Positions 48,357 to 58,053 of a stretch of 64,000 nt of DNA are shown piece by piece. Source of the DNA: an uncultured Porphyromonadaceae bacterium. GTDB taxonomy: Bacteria > Bacteroidota > Bacteroidia > Bacteroidales > Barnesiellaceae_A. Each line of letters begins with the position of its first letter. The stretch's first letter is position 1. The DNA lies in NCBI GenBank assembly GCA_937891845.1, contig CALATP010000049.1:103743-167742 (forward strand), given 5' to 3'. The translations under genes and the position numbers were made by a program. Below the pieces are notes generated by a model that was not told where the DNA came from, did no database searches, and saw only the letters and a program-made list of their open reading frames with translations.

Positions 48357-50015
48357 TTACTTCCAAGTATCTCTCAAGTCATTGATTTCACCTGTCCAAG
48401 TAGCATAGACTGTATGTTTGGGTTCAGCATCATCTTTAAGACTGAAAGTAATAGTAAAAGTTCCATCCGAGTTTTCAACAATCTCAATATTTCCATCGGT
48501 AGCAGGAGCTTGAGCAACAGGATCATTGGCACCATCGACATATTGCAACCAACCCCAAGTACCTAGCATTACAGCATAATTGTAATAACCGGGAATAAAT
48601 GTGTAAGATTGCGGATTATCGAGACTTCCCAATGTATATGTTCCGACCGGAGATTTCACACCTTCAGGTACAATTAAATCTAGTATAAACGACTCATCTG
48701 TTCCGTGGTCATTAACGATAATTTCAAATTCGTTGAAACCGGCAACAGGATAGTTGGCATACATATGAGCATAAGCAAAAATATCGTCAGAGAAACTAAA
48801 CGTTTTATCTTCTTTAAGTGAACTTATCCAATCACCTTCAGGCTTTATAGGACGCTCATCAAATATAGAGACATCGCCCATAGGATATTCACCAGTCATA
48901 TGCACTCCATTTCTCATTGTAATGTCAACTTTAAGAGAGTATTGTTCGCCTTCACGTTTAAACTCAATAGTACCGGCATTGGCATAACCATAACGTATGA
49001 AACCATCAACATCGGCATTACGTAAGTCTTGAACATATGTTCCCACTTGCAATGGATAACCCATTAGCGTATAGCAATCACCTGCCATAAATGTAAAGGG
49101 GACAAACTCTTCGACCTCTTGATAGTCGGGACTTGAAACATAAACACCATCAGGAATAACAATCTCATCATTCTCCGGAACAGTTGTAAAGAGGTCTATA
49201 TTGAGTACTACACCACTGGTTATCACTCCATCCTCTGTGCAATCACCATCAAATAACTGAAGGCTGAAACGATGATACGCATCATCACCACCGTGGGCAG
49301 TAATTGCACATTCTTTGAACGTAGTATTTTCTACATCAGTCTCCATCAATGTATCTTCCGAGCTTGTACTCTTATCTTCAAACACTAAAGAACCGGTATA
49401 AAAAACATCAAACTTTTCACCTTCTACTGTAACAAAACTAGCCTCAATGTTATAACCTTCACTAATATGAGTAACCTTTACCCATCCGCTTTCCATAATT
49501 TTGTACTCAACCTCACCATCACTATTCAAGACACGTGCAAAAGTATAATCAAGGTTGCTTGTACCCGATTTAAGGTCACTAGTCAAAATATAAGTACCTT
49601 CAGGAATAATTGCATTCTTCGAATCGGCACTATTATCTCCGTAGATGTCAAAACACATCATCATACCAGGTTCAACGGGTAATAACTGTCCTGTAGCATC
49701 GTAAGAGGTTTCGACATCCGATAGACAGAAGTAATAATTGGCACTGCCATCACTACTGGTGCTGAGCAAACCTTCGTAATATTGTGCAACAGGCTGATAC
49801 TTCATCATTACAGGTAGCATTGCACGCTTAATAGATAAGATATTGCTCAACTCTATTCCTCCGATAGACCAATCACCATCGGGCTGCGAAGAGAATGATG
49901 CATTTCCATCCAGATGGGTTATTTTATTATCTAGGGTTTCTACAATAAATTGTGCTTGTATTGTAGTGGCGAAAAAAACTGCTATAAGTATAGCGTGTAT
50001 AATTTTACGTATCAT
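48357..50015 (-). CDS. secreted hypothetical protein with three tandem ~130-aa beta-rich modules
   Basis: Signal peptide MIRKIIHAILIAVFFATTIQA. The IP-x-G-x-Y-type motif recurs three times (IPEGTYILTS, IPDGVYVSSP, SPVGTYTLGS), each followed by a G.I/V.(I/F/V)...G..Y.(I/L) ending. I recognise no family. Confidence 0.7.
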   Translation of the reverse strand: MIRKIIHAILIAVFFATTIQAQFIVETLDNKITHLDGNASFSSQPDGDWSIGGIELSNILSIKRAMLPVMMKYQPVAQYYEGLLSTSSDGSANYYFCLSDVETSYDATGQLLPVEPGMMMCFDIYGDNSADSKNAIIPEGTYILTSDLKSGTSNLDYTFARVLNSDGEVEYKIMESGWVKVTHISEGYNIEASFVTVEGEKFDVFYTGSLVFEDKSTSSEDTLMETDVENTTFKECAITAHGGDDAYHRFSLQLFDGDCTEDGVITSGVVLNIDLFTTVPENDEIVIPDGVYVSSPDYQEVEEFVPFTFMAGDCYTLMGYPLQVGTYVQDLRNADVDGFIRYGYANAGTIEFKREGEQYSLKVDITMRNGVHMTGEYPMGDVSIFDERPIKPEGDWISSLKEDKTFSFSDDIFAYAHMYANYPVAGFNEFEIIVNDHGTDESFILDLIVPEGVKSPVGTYTLGSLDNPQSYTFIPGYYNYAVMLGTWGWLQYVDGANDPVAQAPATDGNIEIVENSDGTFTITFSLKDDAEPKHTVYATWTGEINDLRDTWK

Positions 50016-50036
50016 ATAAATATCTTTTAGAGGGTA

Positions 50037-50498
50037 TTACTTCTTGATAAATTTCACTACTGTATTATTGGTTTGGAGTAGATAACAACCCGCAACCAAC
50101 TCATCAACTCGTATAGTCATACTATTGTCGGCCATTACAGCAGTCTTTACTACACGTCCATCAAGAGATAAAATATTTATTACACTACCAACCTTGCAAC
50201 CAGTAATTGTAATTGATTCTTTAACAGGATTGGGGAATAAAGATAATCCTCCATCTGCTTCAATAGATGTTACGGCTGTAACATCGGAGAATGTTACTTC
50301 CTCTACATTTTCAATTGTAGCACCATTTTTCAAAATGATAGAAAATACTCTTTCATCATCGGCAGCCAATAAATAATCTACATCTGCCATTGCTATTACA
50401 TCACCGGTATTGGTTTTCATAGCCCACTCCTTTTGCTCAGCTTGCATTACATTAAATGATGTAACGGCAAGCAGTAGTAAAAACATCAATCTTTTCAT
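50037..50498 (-). CDS. mini T9SS substrate: signal peptide, ~60-aa passenger, T9SS C-terminal sorting domain
   Basis: 153 aa. The C-terminal ~80 aa (LFPNPVKESITITG...VINILSLDGRVV...GCYLLQTNNTVVKFIK) match the T9SS CTD pattern. It lies 21 nt upstream of the 552-aa gene. Confidence 0.7.
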   Translation of the reverse strand: MKRLMFLLLLAVTSFNVMQAEQKEWAMKTNTGDVIAMADVDYLLAADDERVFSIILKNGATIENVEEVTFSDVTAVTSIEADGGLSLFPNPVKESITITGCKVGSVINILSLDGRVVKTAVMADNSMTIRVDELVAGCYLLQTNNTVVKFIKK

Positions 50499-50526
50499 AT
50501 TAATTACATTTTGGTTATATCCTTTA

Positions 50527-50557
50527 CAAATGTATTTAGAAAATTATGTGTCTCAAA
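50527..50557 (-). promoter_or_regulatory. Bacteroides-type promoter for the 50498..48357 operon
   Basis: On the minus strand, TTTG (50554-50557) and TACATTTG (50527-50534) with a 19-bp spacer. Confidence 0.45.
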
Positions 50558-50584
50558 ATTTTTTGTACGGTTTTTAAAAATTTA

Positions 50585-50598
50585 TTGACATTTGTCAA
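50585..50598. promoter_or_regulatory. perfect inverted repeat TTGACA-TT-TGTCAA upstream of that promoter (possible operator)
   Basis: A 14-bp palindrome lying about 30 bp upstream of the -33 element. Confidence 0.25.
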
Positions 50599-50620
50599 AA
50601 ATACATCTATTATACTGCAA

Positions 50621-50661
50621 TAAAAATGGAGATTGATTTCATAAACGAAATCAATCTCCAT
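50621..50661 (-). terminator. intrinsic terminator after floA
   Basis: Perfect 15-bp stem ATGGAGATTGATTTC / GAAATCAATCTCCAT followed by TTTTATT on the minus strand. Confidence 0.7.
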
Positions 50662-50682
50662 AGTGTATTTGTAAATTGTGAC

Positions 50683-51657
50683 TTATTTATCTGATTTTAC
50701 AACAGGTTTGGCAATACTATCACGCATTGATGTATCGGCCTCTATATTCTTCATTTTGTAATAATCCATTATACCAAGATTTCCATTACGAAATGCTTCG
50801 GCCATAGCCAAGGGCACCTCTGCCTCAGCTTCAATAACTTTGGCTCTAGCTTCTTGTGCTTTAGCCTTCATCTCTTGTTCAAGAGCGATTGCCATTGCTC
50901 TACGTTCCTCGGCCTTGGCTTGTGCTATATTTTTATCGGCTTGAGCCTGATCGATTTGTAGTGTTGCACCAATATTCTTACCTATATCAATATCGGCAAT
51001 ATCAATAGATAGAATTTCAAAGGCTGTACCTGAATCAAGGCCCTTGCGCAATACAAGTTTAGAAATTGAATCGGGATTTTCCAATACTTCTTTGTGAGAC
51101 TCACTAGAACCAATTGACGATACAATACCCTCACCAACACGAGCCAAAATAGTGTCTTCGCCTGCACCACCTACCAACTGACGAATATTGGCACGAACTG
51201 TAACACGTGCTTTGGCAATAAGCTGAATACCATCTTTAGCAACTGCTGTAACAGGAGGAGTATCTATTACTTTAGGATTAACCGACATTTGCACAGCCTC
51301 ATAAACATTACGACCGGCAAGGTCGATGGCCGAAGCCATCTTAAAATCAAGTTCAATATTGGCCTTCGCAGCCGAAACGAGAGCGTGTACTACACGTTCT
51401 ACGTGACCTCCGGCCAAATAATGTGCTTCTAGTTCATCACGTGTAATTGTACTTAAACCGGCTTTGTGAGCCTCAATCATACCACTAACAATAATTTGGG
51501 GTGGAACTTTACGAATACGCATCAAGAAGAGCTGTAATAACGAAATGTTTACACCCGATACTCGTGCCGATAACCATAATAGGAAAGGCACAAAGTAGAA
51601 AAACAGAGCTATCAATATGATAACCGCTGCTAACAAGAGAATAGTTACTACTTCCAT
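50683..51657 (-). CDS. floA: flotillin-like protein FloA (UPF0365, SPFH domain)
   Basis: 324 aa with an N-terminal TM. Long matches to the FloA/YqfA pattern ([69 protein letters not shown]). Confidence 0.88.
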   Translation of the reverse strand: MEVVTILLLAAVIILIALFFYFVPFLLWLSARVSGVNISLLQLFLMRIRKVPPQIIVSGMIEAHKAGLSTITRDELEAHYLAGGHVERVVHALVSAAKANIELDFKMASAIDLAGRNVYEAVQMSVNPKVIDTPPVTAVAKDGIQLIAKARVTVRANIRQLVGGAGEDTILARVGEGIVSSIGSSESHKEVLENPDSISKLVLRKGLDSGTAFEILSIDIADIDIGKNIGATLQIDQAQADKNIAQAKAEERRAMAIALEQEMKAKAQEARAKVIEAEAEVPLAMAEAFRNGNLGIMDYYKMKNIEADTSMRDSIAKPVVKSDK

Positions 51658-51683
51658 AATTACTTTATTTTCGAGTTAATAAA

Positions 51684-52157
51684 TTATTTATCTATCGGCT
51701 CAACCAATACATTTGTTGCATCAACCTTTACAACACGTATATGGGTCGATTCATCTATAAATTCAATTGCACGTGCTTCTACTGTAATATCGCCAATTAA
51801 CACTTTTCCCATAGGATTGAGACGTGATAGTGTAACACCACAATCGCCTACCGAAATCGATTGGTTAATACGTGTAGGTGCTGTATTTTCTATATTGGTA
51901 TGCAACGACATTTTATCGAGTGTACGAGAACGCATAAAGTACCATATAAAAAACAGCGTAAACAGAACAGCTACTACAAGTGTTATTACGCCTGCAACAC
52001 TGCCCAAATGTGAAAATGAATAATATATGGCTACACCATAAAATACGACAGATAAGAAACCGGCAACTGATAGTCCCGGAAGGAAAAACAGCTCAAGAAT
52101 CACCAATAATATGGCAACCGACAAGAGTGCTATTATGATTACTATATCTAATATCAT
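51684..52157 (-). CDS. nfeD: NfeD-family membrane protein
   Basis: Three or four TM helices followed by a C-terminal OB-fold-like segment (VGDCGVTLSRLNPMGKVLIGD...VKVDATNVLVEPI). It sits immediately upstream of floA. Confidence 0.75.
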   Translation of the reverse strand: MILDIVIIIALLSVAILLVILELFFLPGLSVAGFLSVVFYGVAIYYSFSHLGSVAGVITLVVAVLFTLFFIWYFMRSRTLDKMSLHTNIENTAPTRINQSISVGDCGVTLSRLNPMGKVLIGDITVEARAIEFIDESTHIRVVKVDATNVLVEPIDK

Positions 52158-52177
52158 ACCTATATTATTAATTTATA

Positions 52178-53626
52178 TTATTCATCCAACAAATTTAAAA
52201 AAGAAAGCTCGGCACGTCGGGCTCTACTCTCATATAATTGGGGCATAGATTGCATCTTAAGTAACTGACTTTCACGATTAAGTATCATATCAGACAACTG
52301 ACTGCGAACTGCATCATTCCCTTCATAGTAGAGTCTGCGCATCTCAGACAATTCTGTTTGCAATTCTACAATCCTATTACGTGCTACACAGGCTTGATTG
52401 TAATATCTTAATGCGTCTTTATTTTTGAAATCCGATGTGTGTGTGTATACCATTCCATTACACAACACAAAGCGAATATTAGAATTATTGTCGCTATTAT
52501 CATCATATTTAATGGCTGCAACAGCATCCAGCAATTGAGTATAATCGGCACCATCGGGCCAGGTATCTACTATAGATGATAGTCTTGCCAGCGAAATGAG
52601 TGTATCGGGATCACAATCTTGATAAACGCGTTTTGTTGCGTTGGGTATAAAAATATATAGTGTAAGTACACCGGGATAGTGGTTGCGATCAGTTACAAAC
52701 CATCCTACATCCAGTGTCTCATCTATGGCCATCATAAAATCATTATCTAGTGAGTTGAAAGGCATTCCAACATTCTGTGGTCGCATATAATCTTCCAGTT
52801 CGGTGCTATATAGCGTTACAAATATATCTAACCCGCCAATACTATTTTCACCATCTTGAGCAAAATATAGAGTCTGACCATCACTCAACATATATGGATA
52901 ACATTGATTATCAGCAGTATTTAGAATATCGGACAACGGATGCCATTCACTCCAACCACTCTCCAGTAGTTTATTGGACGAAACAAGATCATAATTGTCT
53001 TCATTATATATACTTGAATATACAACATTCTCACGTTGAGGCATATAGGCAATACTACCACTATCCGAGCATAAAGGCTCGGGCAGTATTGATAAATCGA
53101 CAATACGACCGGCTTGAGGAGACAATTTGTAATAAGATATAAAAGATAGAGAGTCAACCAATATACTGTCTATAACTTGTACCTGTTCTACACCTCTCAT
53201 CATCTTAACACCCAATTGTGCTACTGCGACACGTTGCAGTTCTTCGGCTGTTACTTCACGTTGGTTGTTGTTCATTATCTCTTCATAGTCAGCAAAAGCA
53301 TTTACAGCATCTTCAAACTGATATAATTGTATGTAAGCTTCCCCCAGATAATAACCGGCTTTTATAACCTTACGAGAGACGGCTTTAGTAAGATATTGGA
53401 TACAATCATTGTATTTGCCTTGATGATATAGGCACACACCATAATAGTAATTAGCCATACCATTATTGGGCGATTTCTTTACCTGTTTGGCATACAGTTC
53501 GGCAGCTTCATCATACCTGCCACTTTCAAAAAGTTGCTCGGCCGACGGTTGCGATTGGGCATAGGCAACAGTGGCACAAAGCATTACAAATGTAACAACA
53601 AAAGCATTTATAACCCGAAAACGCAT
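52178..53626 (-). CDS. secreted TPR protein with a PD40/TolB-like beta-propeller-type segment and a C-terminal coiled coil
   Basis: Signal peptide, N-terminal TPRs (YYYGVCLYHQGKYNDCIQYL), PD40-like signatures (DGQTLYFA, GGLDIFVT), and a heptad-like tail. Confidence 0.6.
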   Translation of the reverse strand: MRFRVINAFVVTFVMLCATVAYAQSQPSAEQLFESGRYDEAAELYAKQVKKSPNNGMANYYYGVCLYHQGKYNDCIQYLTKAVSRKVIKAGYYLGEAYIQLYQFEDAVNAFADYEEIMNNNQREVTAEELQRVAVAQLGVKMMRGVEQVQVIDSILVDSLSFISYYKLSPQAGRIVDLSILPEPLCSDSGSIAYMPQRENVVYSSIYNEDNYDLVSSNKLLESGWSEWHPLSDILNTADNQCYPYMLSDGQTLYFAQDGENSIGGLDIFVTLYSTELEDYMRPQNVGMPFNSLDNDFMMAIDETLDVGWFVTDRNHYPGVLTLYIFIPNATKRVYQDCDPDTLISLARLSSIVDTWPDGADYTQLLDAVAAIKYDDNSDNNSNIRFVLCNGMVYTHTSDFKNKDALRYYNQACVARNRIVELQTELSEMRRLYYEGNDAVRSQLSDMILNRESQLLKMQSMPQLYESRARRAELSFLNLLDE

Positions 53627-53701
53627 ATTTTGAACATTTATTAATTTTATAATTCAAATATACATTATTTTTTTTGAAGTACGTCTGTTTATTACAGATT
53701 T

Positions 53702-54184
53702 TTACGATATAAATTGAGGTAAATAAGTTTGTTCAAATAGTTTCAGCTGTTCCGGTTCTTCAAAAGCATCTCGGGATATATAGAAATATGTATATTTATC
53801 GGTATATAAATGAATTGAATCGGGGTGTATTTCGGCTCTTTTCACTTGTTTCCATCGCAATATCTCTCTTTGTTGCTCGTTATATTCACAATCTATTCCT
53901 TCTCTATGTATCATTATACTCTTATCTACTACCGAGTAAAAGGCTTCTCTACGCAAAGCATAGTTGTAGTACAAGAAAAAAAGCAACAATGGTAACGCTA
54001 AGAAAATAATCATTAACAACACAATAACAAACCTCACATCATAACACACTCCTGCAATTAACGCTACTGCGAACAATACCAATATACTCCACCAATCGCG
54101 CATTACATTACGAAACAAAACAGCAAAATATCGCATAGATGATATGCGATAGGACTTTGTTGTAAATAATATTTGATTATCCAT
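53702..54184 (-). CDS. YcxB-like membrane protein
   Basis: Two TM helices followed by a C-terminal segment (W..V..AEI....I.LY.......YISRDAF..PEQ...F) that fits the YcxB-like pattern. The ATG at 54184 overlaps the upstream stop as TAATG. Confidence 0.5.
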   Translation of the reverse strand: MDNQILFTTKSYRISSMRYFAVLFRNVMRDWWSILVLFAVALIAGVCYDVRFVIVLLMIIFLALPLLLFFLYYNYALRREAFYSVVDKSIMIHREGIDCEYNEQQREILRWKQVKRAEIHPDSIHLYTDKYTYFYISRDAFEEPEQLKLFEQTYLPQFIS

Positions 54185-55227
54185 TACTGTGTGGCACAAA
54201 TCCATACTCCTTGGAATAGAGAATGTTCTTGAGAATTATACAATGACAATTGCGACTCGGCTTGTTCCAGAGTACTATACCCGTCAATATATAGCCGATA
54301 TTTGCTACCACATACACATATTTTAATATCATTCTCTACACCCATTTCTTTAAATTCGGCTATTCGTTTTTCTGCCAAACTTTGTGATGGCAATGAACCT
54401 ATTACCAATATATATTGCGGATGTTGAGGCTCGATAACTAAGGCGTCAGATGCAACTACCGGCATTTCTGATAAATCAACAGATAACCGATCCTCTTGTA
54501 TAACGGCTGTTGGTATAAGGGATACGGTATCACAACAGATAACTTCTTGGTATGACTCAGCAGTTTCTGTATAAAGCGAATATCCTAAAACCTCGGTAGC
54601 TACCAATGAAGCATAGTCGCTACTAGCCTCAAAATTATCAATGGGTGTCGATACCATAAGCATCAACAAAAAAATTGCTGCAACGGATGCAACCGACTGC
54701 CATACTCTATGATGCCAATGAATGTTGGTTTTGGGTTCTTCTATCTCAACATTCTCAACGGCTCTTACATCATTGTCAAATTCTTCTTCTGAGTGTAACG
54801 ATAAGACATCTACCAACAATGGGAGTTCAATAGGCTTGAGTATAGTTAGTGCAACATTAACTATACTTTCGTTACTTTCAACAAAAATAATTGAATTGTT
54901 TTGCTCTAAATCAAATCGTCCGATACCTTGCCATTCGACACTTTTTTCTGTCTGCAATATTTTGCGCCACGATGCAACATCTTGTTCAATAAATTTCATT
55001 GCTTGGGCATAGTTGCATTGCATAGCCCTCATTACAGAGTGAGCCAATATGCCATCATTGTGTGACAACAGAGGATTAAAACTTATCCATTTACGAGGCG
55101 GTGTCAAGGTATTATCGGCCTCAACGAGAGCGCTAGTGTGTTGCACTATCATAGCTCCCCACCCCGGCACTATTACGCAATCGTGCTGTGTGAGAAGGTA
55201 TTGAATATGCGACACAAGATTTTTCAT
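54184..55227 (-). CDS. HU-like (HU-CCDC81-type) N-terminal domain, TM segment and C-terminal SPOR peptidoglycan-binding domain protein
   Basis: The N-terminus LL..HDCVIVPGWGA.IVQ...A is typical of bacterial HU-CCDC81 domains. There is a central hydrophobic helix. The C-terminus YILVIGSLPSQ..AEK.IAEFKEMG....ICVCGSKYRLYIDGYSTLEQAE is SPOR-like. Confidence 0.6.
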   Translation of the reverse strand: MKNLVSHIQYLLTQHDCVIVPGWGAMIVQHTSALVEADNTLTPPRKWISFNPLLSHNDGILAHSVMRAMQCNYAQAMKFIEQDVASWRKILQTEKSVEWQGIGRFDLEQNNSIIFVESNESIVNVALTILKPIELPLLVDVLSLHSEEEFDNDVRAVENVEIEEPKTNIHWHHRVWQSVASVAAIFLLMLMVSTPIDNFEASSDYASLVATEVLGYSLYTETAESYQEVICCDTVSLIPTAVIQEDRLSVDLSEMPVVASDALVIEPQHPQYILVIGSLPSQSLAEKRIAEFKEMGVENDIKICVCGSKYRLYIDGYSTLEQAESQLSLYNSQEHSLFQGVWICATQ

Positions 55228-55277
55228 ATTGCAAAGATAATGAAATACAACGAATAAAAAAATATTTTCAGCATTTC

Positions 55278-56105
55278 TTACTCGCCCAAGATAGCCGATA
55301 TAAGATTATCGCAAGTATCAGGATTGTATCCCAATGAACGAGCCAACTCAATGTCTTTGACAGCATCGGCATACTCATATTTAGCTATTTTACTATATGC
55401 ACGCAATATATAGACAAAAGGATCATCGGGGGTCAATTCAAGCGCTCTCGCTATATCTTTATCGGCTTGCGCTACGTGACCCCATAAGATATAAGCCTCG
55501 GCCCTGCCAACATATATCTGCGGTAAATCGGGATTGCTACGCACCACTTGATTATACATCTCAACAGCTTCGTGATAATAACCTTGTGCCTTAAAATAGG
55601 CTGCAAAAGCCAATCTTGCTTTGGCACTAGCAGGGTTTTGTGTCAACATAAACTCCAAGTCCTTGCGACAAGCTGTCGTATCACCTTGCTGCATATATAT
55701 CAAAGCTCTACTATAAAGAGCATCTTCATCAGTATCATCTAGAATAATAAGACGACTGTAATCAGCCACAGCTTTATCCAAGCTATCCATCTCGGCATAG
55801 AGAGCAGCTCTGTTACGTAGTAGCGTTTTAGAGGCAGGATTCATAAATAATGCCAACGAATATGATTTAAGAGCCTCATTATATTTCCCGCAATAACGCT
55901 GCACAGTACCCAAATTTGACAACAACAAGGCATTTTGGGCGTTGGCTGGCTCAGCACGCAATGCATTTTGTAATGATGCCTCAGCTCGTTCCCAATCTTC
56001 ATTAGCTATATAAATATCGGCACTGTCAACCCAATGATAATATGTATCGGCCGATGCCGATAATGCTATCATTGAAAGAACTATTATAAATAACTTTAGT
56101 TTCAT
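55278..56105 (-). CDS. secreted tetratricopeptide-repeat protein
   Basis: The ATG at 56105 gives the signal peptide MKLKLFIIVLSMIALSASA. About six TPR units follow. Confidence 0.7.
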   Translation of the reverse strand: MKLKLFIIVLSMIALSASADTYYHWVDSADIYIANEDWERAEASLQNALRAEPANAQNALLLSNLGTVQRYCGKYNEALKSYSLALFMNPASKTLLRNRAALYAEMDSLDKAVADYSRLIILDDTDEDALYSRALIYMQQGDTTACRKDLEFMLTQNPASAKARLAFAAYFKAQGYYHEAVEMYNQVVRSNPDLPQIYVGRAEAYILWGHVAQADKDIARALELTPDDPFVYILRAYSKIAKYEYADAVKDIELARSLGYNPDTCDNLISAILGE

Positions 56106-56174
56106 ACTGCGAATATACAACAAAACTGTGCACTTGGCACAGTCTTGACATTATTTAAGGTGCAACACAAATTA

Positions 56175-56744
56175 TTACGAAGGCATATTGCCACTATAAC
56201 CCATCGGTTGCATTTTATAGCCCAATCGCTCCAATTCAAGCGCAGCACCTAGCCTAAACATCGCACGGCAAGCACGTACAAAAATGTGATACGCCAATTG
56301 GCTTTGAGGTTCAACTTGCTCGTGACGAATAAGGTCAACTGTAAGCTCGGCACAACGACGTATCATATCTTCAAGTTTTCTATTAATCTCACTTTCCAAC
56401 GAAAGACCCAGAAATTGAGTAACAATATTCTCGTCCATATCGTCAAACCCACGTTCACCATAGAACTCATTATAGGGTGTCACCATCATCTTTTTCCAAT
56501 CTTTGTCCCATCCATTTGCCACTGCCATACCCATATAGGCAGCCCATCCAACAGAAACAGTAGGATAATCACGCACTTGCTGAACAGCATCGGCCAGATA
56601 CTCGGGAGCCATCACTCGCCAATAATCATCAATATCCTCGGACGATGGGAAAATACCATTTAACGTATCGTACGAATGACATAACCCTATTAATTTCTCT
56701 AACAGTCCAATTTCAAATTTATCTAAATACTCAATATTATCCAT
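56175..56744 (-). CDS. hypothetical cytoplasmic protein, no recognisable family
   Basis: 189 aa from the ATG at 56744 (the longer ORF starts at a TTG). No signal peptide or TM, and mostly helical by composition. Confidence 0.5.
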   Translation of the reverse strand: MDNIEYLDKFEIGLLEKLIGLCHSYDTLNGIFPSSEDIDDYWRVMAPEYLADAVQQVRDYPTVSVGWAAYMGMAVANGWDKDWKKMMVTPYNEFYGERGFDDMDENIVTQFLGLSLESEINRKLEDMIRRCAELTVDLIRHEQVEPQSQLAYHIFVRACRAMFRLGAALELERLGYKMQPMGYSGNMPS

Positions 56745-56890
56745 AAGAAGGCTTATATTTTTATACAACTACAAATGTAACTATTTTTCTACATACATAA
56801 TATTTACAGTATAATATTTACTTGATAAAAGGATAATAATTATTAATTTTATTGTAACTTCGCACCACTAATATATAGAGACACAATAAA

Positions 56891-58024
56891 ATGAGATACA
56901 TTATCAGCATAGCAAGCATAATTATAGTAAGTTTACAATTAATATGTTGTTCTTGTCGCAAGGATGAGCCACCCATCACAACAACCAATCGCACTATTAT
57001 TGTATATATGCTTGCCGATAACAACCTAGGTAGCGTTTATCATTTCGATAATGAAAACATCAAATCAATGCTTAATGCATTTACCGACAATGAAATAGAT
57101 GGGCGTCTACTTATTTTTCACTCCGACAGAAATGCTCATCCTAGCTTGTATGAAATAATACAAAACAAAGATAAAACAGCTACTGACACATTACTTGTAG
57201 ACTATACCGGTTGTATCTCAACCGACACAGCAACAATGCGCCAAGTAATAACCGATGCTCAACGTATTGCACCGGCCGATAGTTATGGCATTATTTTTTG
57301 GTCACACGCCACCGGCTGGTTGCCTCAAAACAGATACTATGCACCACAATACAATAACAATACCACATCATTAGGTCGAGAAGGTAAAGAAGAGCTTACA
57401 ATAGATATAGACAAAATAGGCAAAGCCTTATCTCCATTTCACTTCAATTTTATTCTTTTTGATGCCTGCTTAATGTCAAGCATCGAGGTTGCATACGAAT
57501 TGAAGTCGGTATGTGATTATATAATTGCATCGCCAACTGAAACTATGGGTGCAGGCTATCCCTACGAGGAGATAATACCTATGTTATATGAAGACAATAT
57601 AGACTATAACGCTGTGTGTCAAGAATACTATAATAGATATATAGCCCCTACTGATTGGGACGGAACAATAGCCCTCATCAAGACATCGGCATTAGAACAA
57701 CTAGCTGATGTGTGTCGTGAAATTGTTTATAGCAACAATACAACAACATACTCTCACACAGGCATTCAATATTACGACCGTAAGACACCACACGTATTTT
57801 TTGATTTGGAACATTTTATGTCACAAATGGCTACCGATGAACAAAAAGAGTTATTGAAAAATGCACTCAATGAAGCTGTTATTTATAAAGCAGCAGATGA
57901 CAAGTTTTTGGGTCTTATTATAAATAATTACTGTGGATTGAGTTGTTACATACCCGGATGTGCAGATGAGATAACAGAAGAGTATTATAGCCAACTTAAA
58001 TGGTATAACAGAATATACAAATAA
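56891..58024 (+). CDS. clostripain-like cysteine peptidase (C11 family), probable lipoprotein
   Basis: Cys-rich signal end (LICCSC). The His context is IIFWSHATGW and the Cys context is ILFDACLMSS, as in the C11 His/Cys dyad. Confidence 0.75.
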   Translation: MRYIISIASIIIVSLQLICCSCRKDEPPITTTNRTIIVYMLADNNLGSVYHFDNENIKSMLNAFTDNEIDGRLLIFHSDRNAHPSLYEIIQNKDKTATDTLLVDYTGCISTDTATMRQVITDAQRIAPADSYGIIFWSHATGWLPQNRYYAPQYNNNTTSLGREGKEELTIDIDKIGKALSPFHFNFILFDACLMSSIEVAYELKSVCDYIIASPTETMGAGYPYEEIIPMLYEDNIDYNAVCQEYYNRYIAPTDWDGTIALIKTSALEQLADVCREIVYSNNTTTYSHTGIQYYDRKTPHVFFDLEHFMSQMATDEQKELLKNALNEAVIYKAADDKFLGLIINNYCGLSCYIPGCADEITEEYYSQLKWYNRIYK

Positions 58025-58053
58025 CAATACTATAACATTTAAATTATTTTACT

